64,000 bases of DNA from an uncultured Planctomycetaceae bacterium (GTDB taxonomy: Bacteria > Planctomycetota > Planctomycetia > Planctomycetales > Planctomycetaceae). The stretch is from NCBI GenBank assembly GCA_963976765.1, contig CAXBME010000006.1, positions 186,001 to 250,000 of the forward strand, written 5' to 3'. This document shows positions 30,301 through 39,113 of this stretch, one piece after another (within the stretch, counting starts at the first letter, position 1; each line of letters starts with the position of its first letter). Below the pieces are notes generated by a model, which saw nothing but the letters and a program-made list of their open reading frames with translations, had not been told where the DNA came from and searched no databases. The translations under genes were made by a program, and so were the position numbers.

Positions 30301-31312
30301 TTCGCCAGAACCACGCTTTGTCCTGAACCGCTTTGTGAAGCAGCGAGCCTGCCTGGACGTGTTCAACTTTACTGTCGAACAACTGCTGCATGATCACCGG
30401 AGCCAGCTTGCGGTATCCACTTTCGGACAGGTGGATTCCGTTAATCGTCAAAGGTTCTTTAGACGTCTGGAACCATTCGAGCGTTGGTGAGAAGAGGTCC
30501 AGAAATCCGACATGCTTCTCGGCAGCCACTGACTGGACCGCGTCGGCATACATCTTCAACAAAGCATTACGATCGTCGGCGCTGGGCAGGAAGTAATCAG
30601 GATGCTGCTGCATCGCGATCGGAGTCGCCAGAACCAGTCGCGGAGCGGTTTCGGCTCTTTCATACGAGCGCGACAGCGTATGGTCGACAAAGGCGCTTAG
30701 TTCGTTCCTGAAGTTTTCCACACCTTCGGGACCATCGAAGGATTCGTTAAATCCGAAGAACGCGACGATGGTTTTGGCTTTGATAATCGTCAGCCATTCA
30801 TCCGGTGACGGATAGTGGCCTTTACCAAAGTGAGCCTTGATATCCGGGCGGAACTTAGCGGCGCCGGGAAATGCCCAGGGATCGTCCGTCCCGGCTTCCG
30901 GTCGGAACGCTGGAGTGTGGCCTGGAAATCCCATGTTGCGAAACGTGAGCTGCTGCTTCGGAAACTGCTGATGCAGGGACGTTTCGAAGTAGTTGTAATG
31001 TTCCATTCTCGCAGCGAGCGAGTTTCCCAGAAAGACGATTGTTTCTCCGTCCTGAGGCTTGATCGGCAATGACGTTGCCGTCGCCTTCTGATTGATCGGA
31101 AGCGGCTGAAGGAATTCCGGACGAACCTGATCCTCCCGCTGTGCTTCGTTCGGGGTGACCGTCGTGATTACCCTTGGCGAAGCAGCATTCTGGTCAGGCT
31201 TCTGATCCGCCACGGTCTGCGAAGCCAGATAGAGCACGCATGATCCAAGAACGGCCAACGCGACAGGAAGCGGAGCAGTGAATGATCTCAATGTTTTTTT
31301 CATGGGGGTCAT
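27344..31312 (-). CDS. PVC-type heme-binding protein (SGNH domain + beta-propeller dehydrogenase + HEAT + two c-type hemes)
   Basis: FLGNS..NGIH, DTDGDGRAD, FRPCDLEVAPDGSLYFIDW, CFTCH and CGNCH, STMPAGL. Confidence 0.9.
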   Translation of the reverse strand: MTPMKKTLRSFTAPLPVALAVLGSCVLYLASQTVADQKPDQNAASPRVITTVTPNEAQREDQVRPEFLQPLPINQKATATSLPIKPQDGETIVFLGNSLAARMEHYNYFETSLHQQFPKQQLTFRNMGFPGHTPAFRPEAGTDDPWAFPGAAKFRPDIKAHFGKGHYPSPDEWLTIIKAKTIVAFFGFNESFDGPEGVENFRNELSAFVDHTLSRSYERAETAPRLVLATPIAMQQHPDYFLPSADDRNALLKMYADAVQSVAAEKHVGFLDLFSPTLEWFQTSKEPLTINGIHLSESGYRKLAPVIMQQLFDSKVEHVQAGSLLHKAVQDKAWFWRNDYRMLNGVHAYGQRWAPYGNFNYPEEIEKIRQMTVLRDQNIWAIAQGKSATIQVDDSATRDLTPVETNYQVSEKNGSTNFLKTEKEALSTFTLPEGYEASLFASEQQFPNLGNACQMRFDNRGRLWVSTLPSYPHYKPGDSKPNDMLLIYEDTDGDGRADKETVFADGLHMPIGFELAPEGVYLSQEPFLVLLKDTDGDDRADKTEYLLDGFDPHDTHHAISAFDVDNGNGIYMCEGRFLHSQVETPWGPQRMTDGGVWRFDPASWKLERVMQTDVSNPWGVAHDEYGQTFVNDASGGNHYWMLGYSIKIPHASEVAKVGKFNYEHHSRPTSGAEFIHSRHFPDEVQGDYVYTNSIGFLGIKELQTLEDGSEIKGKFRQDLIQSSDGNFRPCDLEVAPDGSLYFIDWHNTLIGHMQHSARDPLRNSEYGRIYRIKHSASPLVDPPAIAGADIEQLFENMKLPELNARKRSHRELRGRDKEAVIAAALQFAKQNSNDERLVLEALWATWGQQAPSEELLEQCLSAKDHRVRSAAVRVVRHCLHLLDHPEEYLLRAATDEHSRVRLEALSAGSWLGGEFAAEILLTVASQKTDAWIRNALNSATLLIKPEIENLVRNGFDPESLSIDYEKLLAGKLEGAMKPKNYRTKSPKFKDKAFVRAYDLGQRVFYEEGSCFTCHRDHGEGIVRIYPPLVGSEWANGDPERLIKLTLHGIWGKIQVRGKVYESALGVPPMTAIGNMFTDAEIAGVLTYVRNSWGNDSSAISPEEVERVRAATKGRRRFYSPEELIEMHPFPEGSRPPLVEDESQNHKLEQDLLAESLTTLVSDAWKQGDATNGAKIFYQEKTACGNCHDAKSDFQLGPKLTVSRKQATEEFLLESILKPSESILKGFQSVTVITDEGAVLSGYLVDRNDEKLTLSIAAQKGKLVDVAIDSIDEMVESKLSTMPAGLARSLKDRAEFLDLVRFVLEINRGGEAKLRQLKRKAKL

Positions 31313-31615
31313 GCCGCAGATCAGGAAGGTTAAATGAGCAGATTTATTCCGCGATTAGAACAGATAAACACTGACCGAAAAAACCGGACACTGGTCAGAA
31401 AGTTGCCCAGCAGCGGGTGTTGAAGTCGGGGATTTTCGGGTCTGTAACGATTCCGACAGGGTTCGATGAACAGCCGTGTCGTCAGCGGGGAACGATAATA
31501 CCGATCTGAGCACGCAGGATCGAGCAAAGCCGGAGTACGTCGCAAATCGACCAGAACCAGGCATGAACGGCCCGTTCCGATTGCATTTTGGGCCGGTCAA
31601 TTCAAAGACATTGCT

Positions 31616-34054
31616 TCACCTGCCGACCGAATCGGAACCCAGAATGAGCTGAACGGATGCGGTCGATTGTCCCTCGTCAAAATCATGCCGACGATAGTGC
31701 GGGTAGCCCGAAGCCATCGCTTTCTGAGCATCGGCAGGTTGTGTCTCGGATCGAATCACGCGTTTCTCTTCCGTCCACGGTTCGATGGTGACACGCAGCG
31801 GGCAGTCGACGACTCGGATTAATTTCGTGATTTCGCGGTCTAGCCCGGTTCGCTCATACCGGATTACGGGCCAGCGACTCTTCTGCTCGCCCGGCATTCG
31901 AATTGGAAGTCGGATTTCCATCCACTTCCAGTCGGCGGGCATCGTGTCGTGTACGACGAGCCTGCTTTCAGGGATCGAGTACTCCAGTCCGGCAAGCCCT
32001 TCAAGGAAAAGCAGCAGCTTACCGGCGTTGAAATTCGAGTACTGATCACCGAACAGCCTGGCGCTGCGAGTGCAGGCTTCCGGAGCGACCGGGATGTTCC
32101 ACTCGCCGTTAAAGTTGTAATTCTCCAGATGATTCAGTGTCAGCCTCCATGCCGAGTCACCCAGCCGGTGACGAAACATACCATCGAGCGTGAAGTACGC
32201 GGTGTCTGGTGTGTACCCAAACGAGTGGTCGACGTCCGTCGCGAATTTCTTCATCGACTGACGAGACATGGCGAGCGGAAAGAAGTCGCCGTAAAAACCT
32301 TTGTCTCGATCAAGCGCCCAGGACTCGACCATCTTCGAAGCGTACTCGCGCGGAAAATGCTTCGAACGCAAGTGCCAGAAGCCGGTCGTCATCAGCATCC
32401 CATTGTCTGGGCCACCAAAGAAATGCTCGTGACCGTTGACCTGCCACCGTTGATCGAACCACGTTCGAATGTGATTCGAGCCGAGCGGCACCAGCCGTTC
32501 CCAGTGTTCGATATCCTCGACGTGTCCGGTAAGGCGAGCCATCGCGATCAGCGTTTCTGCCACTTCGAAGTGGTTGGAGAAGAAAGGAGCGATTCGCTCG
32601 CGAAAGACTTCCCGAAAGTAGCCCTCGTAACAGTCGCGCAGAAAATCGACGTCGCCCGTGTGCTGGTAGATTTGCCAGGCTCCGAGGACGTGCTCTGGCA
32701 GTTCATTGCCGTACACCCCGGAGTGCCACGTTGTCCCCTTGTTGTCGGCCAGTGCGATCGCGCCATCGGGTGATCTGCGATAGTGGCCGCTGCTGAAGAG
32801 ATGCTTCCAGGTCAGCACATTTCCGTAGGCATAATGCGGTTTGTCGCCGGTCCACGCTCCGACTTTGATCTGAAACGTCGCGTCGTAACGGTGCATGCCG
32901 AGGAAGTTATTGACGGCCGTCTGAGTGTGAGGCTCCCGCTCTAATCCTCGTCCGACCTCGATGTAGTACATCAGGTAAAGCGACCAGAGGTAGTAGTAGA
33001 TGTCCTCAAACTTACGATCTGAGCAGCGAAAGTATGGAATCTCTTCGTTGAGCTGGCGATTCATCTCACGCGTCTTCGCGAGCATCGTTTCATGCGGCTT
33101 GTGAAGTGCCGCCGTCGCATCGCGAAGCGCCTTCTGGTAGTCATCATTCATCGCCCAGACGAGCGTCACGCCGCCCGGGTTGCAGGGCACTTCAAAGCCG
33201 TACTGCCTCTCGCCGTAACTACCTTGCATGAATCGGTAACTCGCGGCGAAGTTTCGGGATGCGGTGAGAACAGTGCTCATCCCCTGATACATGATCGGGC
33301 CGACCAGCTCGGAGCCGTCCGTTTCAGGCCGACATTTCGTTGTGCCGCCTTCGACGATGTGGATGGCGTTACGGTCGGTGTCGTATTCGATCGTCGCCGT
33401 ACTCGTCTCGCTGTGGCGTCCGTAGAAACTCTGACCGTCGAATCGCAACGTGACAGGCCGAGACGCGGTGATGATCGAGCAGGCGGCGTCACTGGCGGCA
33501 ATGAATTTTTCTTCGCGCAATTTTACGCCATCAACTTCGTACTCGCAGATCATCCGGTCCGGTCGCCAGTACATTTTCCGCGGGACCGGATGGCGATGAG
33601 TTTCCCCGTCGATCACGACGCTGCCGTAAAGGACTCGCGTATCCTTGTAGAATTCCCAGCCGGAGAAGTCGTTGCCGAGTCCGGTGTTTTCATGATCTTT
33701 GCCGCGACTTCGAACCAGCCCGACGCCGCGGCTGCGCAAATCATGATGAAATGGGTGAGTCAGGCCGAGCGTTTCGTGCTCTCTCAAATTCCAGCTAGCA
33801 TGAAACCCGCCAACGTAGTACGTGACGTTGCCAGCGAGGAATCCATGCTTCTTCCCCTGAACTTCCTGCTGCAAACGTTCGCAGTAATCAACAAACGGTG
33901 GAGCTTCCGCAACCGCGACGCTGGCACCGAGCAGCAAAATCGTCGCAACAATTGCCGCCCGTTCAGAAAAGAAGCGGAGCCGTCGCAGCTGGAGTCCGTG
34001 CTGCCGCCAGGGTAACACCAGACTGTTCAGGCAGCTCGACAACGGCAACCTCAC
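31616..34054 (-). CDS. Putative secreted (alpha/alpha)6 glycoside hydrolase (GH63/MGH1-like)
   Basis: 812-aa ORF, IPYFRCSD...YYYLWSLY, WQIYQHTGDVDFL..Y, Trp/Tyr-rich; start and family uncertain. Confidence 0.6.
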   Translation of the reverse strand: MRLPLSSCLNSLVLPWRQHGLQLRRLRFFSERAAIVATILLLGASVAVAEAPPFVDYCERLQQEVQGKKHGFLAGNVTYYVGGFHASWNLREHETLGLTHPFHHDLRSRGVGLVRSRGKDHENTGLGNDFSGWEFYKDTRVLYGSVVIDGETHRHPVPRKMYWRPDRMICEYEVDGVKLREEKFIAASDAACSIITASRPVTLRFDGQSFYGRHSETSTATIEYDTDRNAIHIVEGGTTKCRPETDGSELVGPIMYQGMSTVLTASRNFAASYRFMQGSYGERQYGFEVPCNPGGVTLVWAMNDDYQKALRDATAALHKPHETMLAKTREMNRQLNEEIPYFRCSDRKFEDIYYYLWSLYLMYYIEVGRGLEREPHTQTAVNNFLGMHRYDATFQIKVGAWTGDKPHYAYGNVLTWKHLFSSGHYRRSPDGAIALADNKGTTWHSGVYGNELPEHVLGAWQIYQHTGDVDFLRDCYEGYFREVFRERIAPFFSNHFEVAETLIAMARLTGHVEDIEHWERLVPLGSNHIRTWFDQRWQVNGHEHFFGGPDNGMLMTTGFWHLRSKHFPREYASKMVESWALDRDKGFYGDFFPLAMSRQSMKKFATDVDHSFGYTPDTAYFTLDGMFRHRLGDSAWRLTLNHLENYNFNGEWNIPVAPEACTRSARLFGDQYSNFNAGKLLLFLEGLAGLEYSIPESRLVVHDTMPADWKWMEIRLPIRMPGEQKSRWPVIRYERTGLDREITKLIRVVDCPLRVTIEPWTEEKRVIRSETQPADAQKAMASGYPHYRRHDFDEGQSTASVQLILGSDSVGR

Positions 34055-34147
34055 AACTGATCGCCCTTTCCCAAAACAGTTCCAGTCGAAGAGTCACCGT
34101 CGGTCGAACTTTTCGATCAACGCCGGGAACAACGGCCCACGGACCGG

Positions 34148-35503
34148 TTAGCCGAAGCCGAGACCGATGTCGTCGAGGCAATGGGTGCCGACGGTTCCGT
34201 CGGTGATGTCGAACATGGATGGCAATACTCGGGCGTAGGGCTTGTTCGGACCGGGGCAGTACTGGCGACCGTTGCCTTCGATTGCCTGTACCGTCGGGAT
34301 GCGGGCGGCCAGGCTCGCCGAGTGCAGGAACGAGAAGCCGGGACAGGTCAGATCCTGGACACACAGGAACATGCCGAACTTCTGAGCGGCCGCTCCCAGG
34401 CACAGCGCCTCTGAGTGTCCTTTGCACGCTTTCAACGCGATGCCGGTGTAACCCTGATCGCGAGCCAGCAGCAGTGCTTCGTAATCGACCAGCGCTTCGT
34501 CGACGACCACCGGCTTCAGCTTCGCGGCTTCGTGCAGCTTGATTTCCGGATGAGCCTTCAGGTTCCGGCTGGTCGGCTGCTCGATGTACTGAACCCGGTC
34601 ATACGCTGACGGTGACAGTTCCTGCACCTTCTTCAGGAACGCAAGGACGTACTCGACGTTTTCGCACTTCTCGTTGAAGTCGAGCGAGTAGAACCATTCT
34701 GAGCAGCCTCGCGCGGCCTGGACTTCCGTTGCCAGCTTTTCGATCGAGACAACCCGGTCGACGTCCCAGTCGAAATTGTCTCCGGACAGTTTAATTTTCA
34801 GATGCGTCAGTCCGTCAGCGTTGATCCATTCGCCCAGCGTCACCGGCAGCTTGTCGTTGGGGCGGTCGGTGACGTCGGCATCAGTCAGCGGGTCGAGTGC
34901 GCCGACCAGGTGGTAGAGCGGTAAACGATCTTTGGGAGTTCGCAAGGTGTACTTATCGAGGTACTCGCCCGCGAACTGGTCGTCGAGATAATCCGACAGA
35001 TCGTCGTTCATGAATTCGTCCGACAACGCATCGTACGAGTTGATCTCGTGGACTCGACCGTAAGCATCGTGAACGGCGGCGTCGAGCGGGCTGGCAGCAA
35101 CAAGTCTCGCCAGTGCCGGAAACTCTTCGCCAAAACTATGCGTCGCGACGATGGTCTTGCCGGTGTGCGCGTATTCGGCGTTGAGGTCGAACATCAGCTC
35201 CATCGGGTGTCCATAGTGTGGCACCTGCGAGGCGATGTTGACGATCTCTTCGGCGAATTCCTTCATGGCGAGTTCTGTCTGGTCGCCAGTCAGGCTGGTG
35301 GTCGGCCATGCCCAGATATTTCCGACCGGCATGCTGCCAAAGCCGGTCGCGTGCTTGCCGGAGTGAGTCTCAACCGTCACCTCGACGTTCATCAGGAATG
35401 TCTTGTCGACAATTCTGCCGCCGAATTTCAGTGGAGCCCGGAATGAGACCGGCTCGAAGGAACAGACAGCGTCAAGGATTCTGACGTCCGTTTCGTGTGG
35501 CAT
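34148..35503 (-). CDS. Enolase-superfamily (mandelate racemase/muconate lactonizing-like) protein
   Basis: LDAAVHD, KIK, DFNE, IEQP, VDE, ALKACKG. Confidence 0.88.
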   Translation of the reverse strand: MPHETDVRILDAVCSFEPVSFRAPLKFGGRIVDKTFLMNVEVTVETHSGKHATGFGSMPVGNIWAWPTTSLTGDQTELAMKEFAEEIVNIASQVPHYGHPMELMFDLNAEYAHTGKTIVATHSFGEEFPALARLVAASPLDAAVHDAYGRVHEINSYDALSDEFMNDDLSDYLDDQFAGEYLDKYTLRTPKDRLPLYHLVGALDPLTDADVTDRPNDKLPVTLGEWINADGLTHLKIKLSGDNFDWDVDRVVSIEKLATEVQAARGCSEWFYSLDFNEKCENVEYVLAFLKKVQELSPSAYDRVQYIEQPTSRNLKAHPEIKLHEAAKLKPVVVDEALVDYEALLLARDQGYTGIALKACKGHSEALCLGAAAQKFGMFLCVQDLTCPGFSFLHSASLAARIPTVQAIEGNGRQYCPGPNKPYARVLPSMFDITDGTVGTHCLDDIGLGFG

Positions 35504-35761
35504 GACTCTTTGCAGCTCTTTAAGAAAGGCAGGAAAGGAATTCTCACTGCGGAACTTCTGCGTCTGACGATTGGTGACGACTTCCTGATGAGGTCACTCC
35601 GGCAGACTATCCTGCTTCGCAGCTCGACAAAACTGATGAACACATCAGCGTCGGAGCATGTTATGCGCCATGCGGCGGCGCTTCAATCGACGTTTGATGG
35701 TTCCGGAGTCGCGGCTGACATCGACCGTTACGATCGCCTCCAGAAAAGCCTGGCCCGGCGA

Positions 35762-36241
35762 CTATGCAGCGGAGCGGTCGTCGGCTTCGGGCGTCTCGTC
35801 GCCGTACCGGCTAAGGATCGTCCTGCCGCTGGTCGTCAGCTGGTAAACCATCCCATCGGATCGTCCGGCCAGGTCGCATTTCAGCAGGTCGTAGGCGATC
35901 AGGCGTCCGTGAATTTTCGACAGTTCCGCCGCATCAAGTCCAGGCAGACTGGTCACTCTCTGAACCCAACGGCTGGCACGTTTTCTGGGAGCAGTGCTGT
36001 TGCCTTCTTCGAAGTCTTCGTCCGTCCCCGATTCGCCAGAGTCAGCGTCTGCGCCCTTGTCAGCTTCAGTGGTCGAACCACTCGACTCAGGATCGCCGCT
36101 GTTAATCTTTTCCGCCTGCGCGGACTTTGCAGCAGCCTGAGCCTGTTGCTCGGCAAGTTCTTCCTGAGCCTTCTGATAAGCCTTCAGAACGGCGATCCAC
36201 GATGGGTTTTCGGACACAAGTTCCAGTTCGAGATCAATCAT
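35762..36241 (-). CDS. Hypothetical winged-helix-like protein with acidic linker
   Basis: Start MIDLELEL at 36241; C-terminal ELSKIHGRLIAYDLL...YQLTTSGR wing motif. Confidence 0.7.
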   Translation of the reverse strand: MIDLELELVSENPSWIAVLKAYQKAQEELAEQQAQAAAKSAQAEKINSGDPESSGSTTEADKGADADSGESGTDEDFEEGNSTAPRKRASRWVQRVTSLPGLDAAELSKIHGRLIAYDLLKCDLAGRSDGMVYQLTTSGRTILSRYGDETPEADDRSAA

Positions 36242-36435
36242 GCCCGGTCTATCGGCCCGACGAACCGGCACATTCAATGGCTGCCGACGCTTCGACACAA
36301 ACCGCAAATTCGCACTGCCGGTTTCGAGATTTTTGGCGAGTCGGGGTCGATCAGCTTAAGTCGCCGGCGCAGCCAGGGGCGCCACCCATGACGACCTTCC
36401 TCGTTTATTCCGAACGAAAATTCCGGAGCAAACGG

Positions 36436-36720
36436 CTACGCCTGCTCGTCCGGGATTTCGTCCTCGACGTCGGTCGGACTCTGCCCGGCGGCGATCGTCT
36501 GTTTTCCGTCGAGCCACATCGCTCCGAAGGCCAGACTCAGGATCAGCACCACCTCGACCCCGATGAGTTTCAGACCGTATTCGTTGAAGAATTTCACCAG
36601 AGGGTTTTCGATCGAGGCGAAAGCAGTGACGATCATCAGCAGAATTGTCAGAACGAAGGCGGCGCTGACAACGACAACCAGCTTGAACAGGTGATTTGGC
36701 GGCGGGTTTTCCTGAGACAT
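36436..36720 (-). CDS. Small two-TM hypothetical protein
   Basis: Start MSQENPP at 36720; two hydrophobic helices. Confidence 0.7.
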   Translation of the reverse strand: MSQENPPPNHLFKLVVVVSAAFVLTILLMIVTAFASIENPLVKFFNEYGLKLIGVEVVLILSLAFGAMWLDGKQTIAAGQSPTDVEDEIPDEQA

Positions 36721-36910
36721 GGTCTTTCCGTGAGCTTTCGTTCCGAAACGCGGGCGATGACGTCCGGCATGATGGCACGAGGCCCGTGAGACTGCCAACT
36801 GATCCGGTTGAAACTGGCAGCTCGCTCTGGCCACTGCGTGCGGAATGTGGCACGATGAACCGCCTTGAAACTTCAGGCCAACTACGGGAATCAGGAAACG
36901 CAGGGATCGC

Positions 36911-37945
36911 ATGACTATTTCCAGAACCAGTCAGTTTGCAGGCGTGCTGCTGACGCTCGCCGTTTTCGGCGCCGCGTTACGAGCCGAAGAGATCAGTCCG
37001 CCGCTCGATGAAGCACTCAAGCTGGCCCTCGAGTTGAAGCATCAGGACTTCGCGGTTCGTGAATCGGCGACTCGAAAACTTCCGTCGCTTGGTCCGTCGG
37101 TCATCGCTCCGGTGACGGACGTTGCTCTCCAGGAAAATCTGGAAGCCGGGCTGCGAGCGGTCTCGGTTCTTGAGGTGCTGTACCTGTCTGAGGACACAGC
37201 CGCGTTTGACCAGGCAGAAGCCAGTCTAAATCGACTGCTGACTCAATCGAAACATCCAGCGGTCGCTCAGAAAGCGGCCGAGACCCTCGAGAACAATCAC
37301 TTCACCGTGACGCAGCGCCGGGCGATTGCCGAGGTTCGTCGGCTGGGCGGCCAGATTCAGATGCAGCGGGAGTTTCCGGTAATGGTCAACGGCGAACAGC
37401 TTCGCCCGGAAGGAGGCTGGGCTCAGGCCGCGGCCATCAACCGTCACTGGAAAGGCGGCGAGGAGGGGCTGCGTCATCTGGTGCGTCTGAAGTCGCTGCA
37501 AACCATTTACCTGGTCAGCGGCCACCCACTTTCAGAAGAAAATATCCGCCAGCTCGAAATCGATATGCCCGACACCGTCCTTCAAACTCGCGGACGAGCC
37601 ATGCTGGGAGTCGGCACGCGTGCGGATCTGCTGGGGTGTTTCATCAGCCAGGTGAGACCGGATTCTGCAGCAGCCGAGGTCGGGATGCTGGTTGGCGACG
37701 TCGTCGTCGAGATCTCAGGTCAGGCTGTCAGGCAACCCGAGGATCTGATCAGGCTCATTGGAGAACACTCCGAAGATGAACCTGTCGAAATCATTGTGCT
37801 GCGAGGCGACCCGATTCTGCGTTACGCACTCATTGAAATGCTGACTCAACCGGAACAGTTCTCACCCGTCCTGGCGATTGCCATGATCAGTCAGATGAGA
37901 ACAAAGTTCACGGTGACACTCGGTGAATGGAGCATCGATGGCTGA
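36911..37945 (+). CDS. Secreted HEAT-like + PDZ domain protein
   Basis: Signal peptide, FAVRESATRKL, PDZ AMLGV...SAAAEVGMLVGDVVVEISG. Confidence 0.85.
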   Translation: MTISRTSQFAGVLLTLAVFGAALRAEEISPPLDEALKLALELKHQDFAVRESATRKLPSLGPSVIAPVTDVALQENLEAGLRAVSVLEVLYLSEDTAAFDQAEASLNRLLTQSKHPAVAQKAAETLENNHFTVTQRRAIAEVRRLGGQIQMQREFPVMVNGEQLRPEGGWAQAAAINRHWKGGEEGLRHLVRLKSLQTIYLVSGHPLSEENIRQLEIDMPDTVLQTRGRAMLGVGTRADLLGCFISQVRPDSAAAEVGMLVGDVVVEISGQAVRQPEDLIRLIGEHSEDEPVEIIVLRGDPILRYALIEMLTQPEQFSPVLAIAMISQMRTKFTVTLGEWSIDG

Positions 37946-37988
37946 TTCAGGTCAGAGCGATTCGGGTCAGAGCGATTCGGGTCAGAAC
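37944..37988 (+). repeat. 15-bp tandem repeat, 3 copies
   Basis: GATTCAGGTCAGAGC GATTCGGGTCAGAGC GATTCGGGTCAGAAC. Confidence 0.8.
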
Positions 37989-38032
37989 ATTCCCAGAACA
38001 AACGACGCATCCATCTCAGAAAGACATCGCTC

Positions 38033-39079
38033 ATGATTTTTGCGTCACGGGTTCCGCTGAAGACTCTGGCGATTGTGTCGCGGTCGCTGGCGACGATGCT
38101 GGAGTCCGGTATCCAGATTCGCAAAGCAATCGAGATCGCCTCAAAAAAAGCGATGCACGCTCCGACAAGGAAAGTGCTGAGGCAGGTTTCTGACGCCATC
38201 CAGGAAGGGTCAGATATTTCGCAGGCACTGAAGGAGCACGGCAACTTCTTCCCGGTGCTGTTTGTCGAAATGGCCACGATGGCTGAAGAGTCCGGCTCGC
38301 TGCCGGAAGTGCTCAAACACCTGGCCGAGCACTACGAAGCCAACATCCGCATGAAAAAAGAACTGATCGGACAGTTGATCTGGCCGGTGTTTCAGCTCGT
38401 CGCCGCGATTTTTGTCATCGCCATCCTGATCATGATTCTCGGCCTCATTGGTGAATCGACCGGCAACAACGACATGTCATTCCTCGTGTTCGGTCTGTCG
38501 GGTACGACCGGCGCGATGATCTGGCTGACGGGCACTTTCGGAACTTTTGCAGGGATGTACATCGCCTGGCTGCTGATCCAGAAAGCGGCTCAGGCCAAAG
38601 CTGTCGTCGATCCGCTGCTGATGACCGTACCGGTTCTGGGACGCTGCATGAGGTCGTTCGCGATCGCCAGGTTCTCGTGGTCGTTCTACCTGACTCAGCA
38701 ATCCGGAATGCCAGTTACGCGAAGCCTGAAAGGAAGTCTTAAAGCGACAGGCAACGGAGCGTTCGTCGCTCAGACGCCTTTTATCACGTCAGCCGTGATG
38801 GAAGGTTCCAGCCTGACTGACAGCCTCGCACAAAGCCGGCTCTTCACGGAAGAGTTCATCGAAATGGTTTCGGTCGCTGAGGAGTCCGGAACTGTTCCGG
38901 AAGCTCTCCACCGGTTGAGTCCGCAGTTTGAAGAAGATGCTCGTCGAGCAATGAAAACGCTGACTCGAATGATCAGCGCCGTCGTCTGGCTGTTCGTCGC
39001 TGGCTTCATCATCTTCTTCGTATTTCGCTTCATGCTGTGGTACGTTGGCCAAGTCAACAATGCCCTTGAGGGCACGTAG
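38033..39079 (+). CDS. Type II secretion / type IV pilus platform protein (GspF/PilC family)
   Basis: LATMLESG, two AEESG motifs, TM segments. Confidence 0.92.
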   Translation: MIFASRVPLKTLAIVSRSLATMLESGIQIRKAIEIASKKAMHAPTRKVLRQVSDAIQEGSDISQALKEHGNFFPVLFVEMATMAEESGSLPEVLKHLAEHYEANIRMKKELIGQLIWPVFQLVAAIFVIAILIMILGLIGESTGNNDMSFLVFGLSGTTGAMIWLTGTFGTFAGMYIAWLLIQKAAQAKAVVDPLLMTVPVLGRCMRSFAIARFSWSFYLTQQSGMPVTRSLKGSLKATGNGAFVAQTPFITSAVMEGSSLTDSLAQSRLFTEEFIEMVSVAEESGTVPEALHRLSPQFEEDARRAMKTLTRMISAVVWLFVAGFIIFFVFRFMLWYVGQVNNALEGT

Positions 39080-39113
39080 TTTTCCTGCGTCAAACAGGCC
39101 GGACAGGCACACG

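Noticed and set aside
37944..37988. CRISPR-like array
   Set aside because: Direct tandem 15-mers with no spacers and no cas genes.
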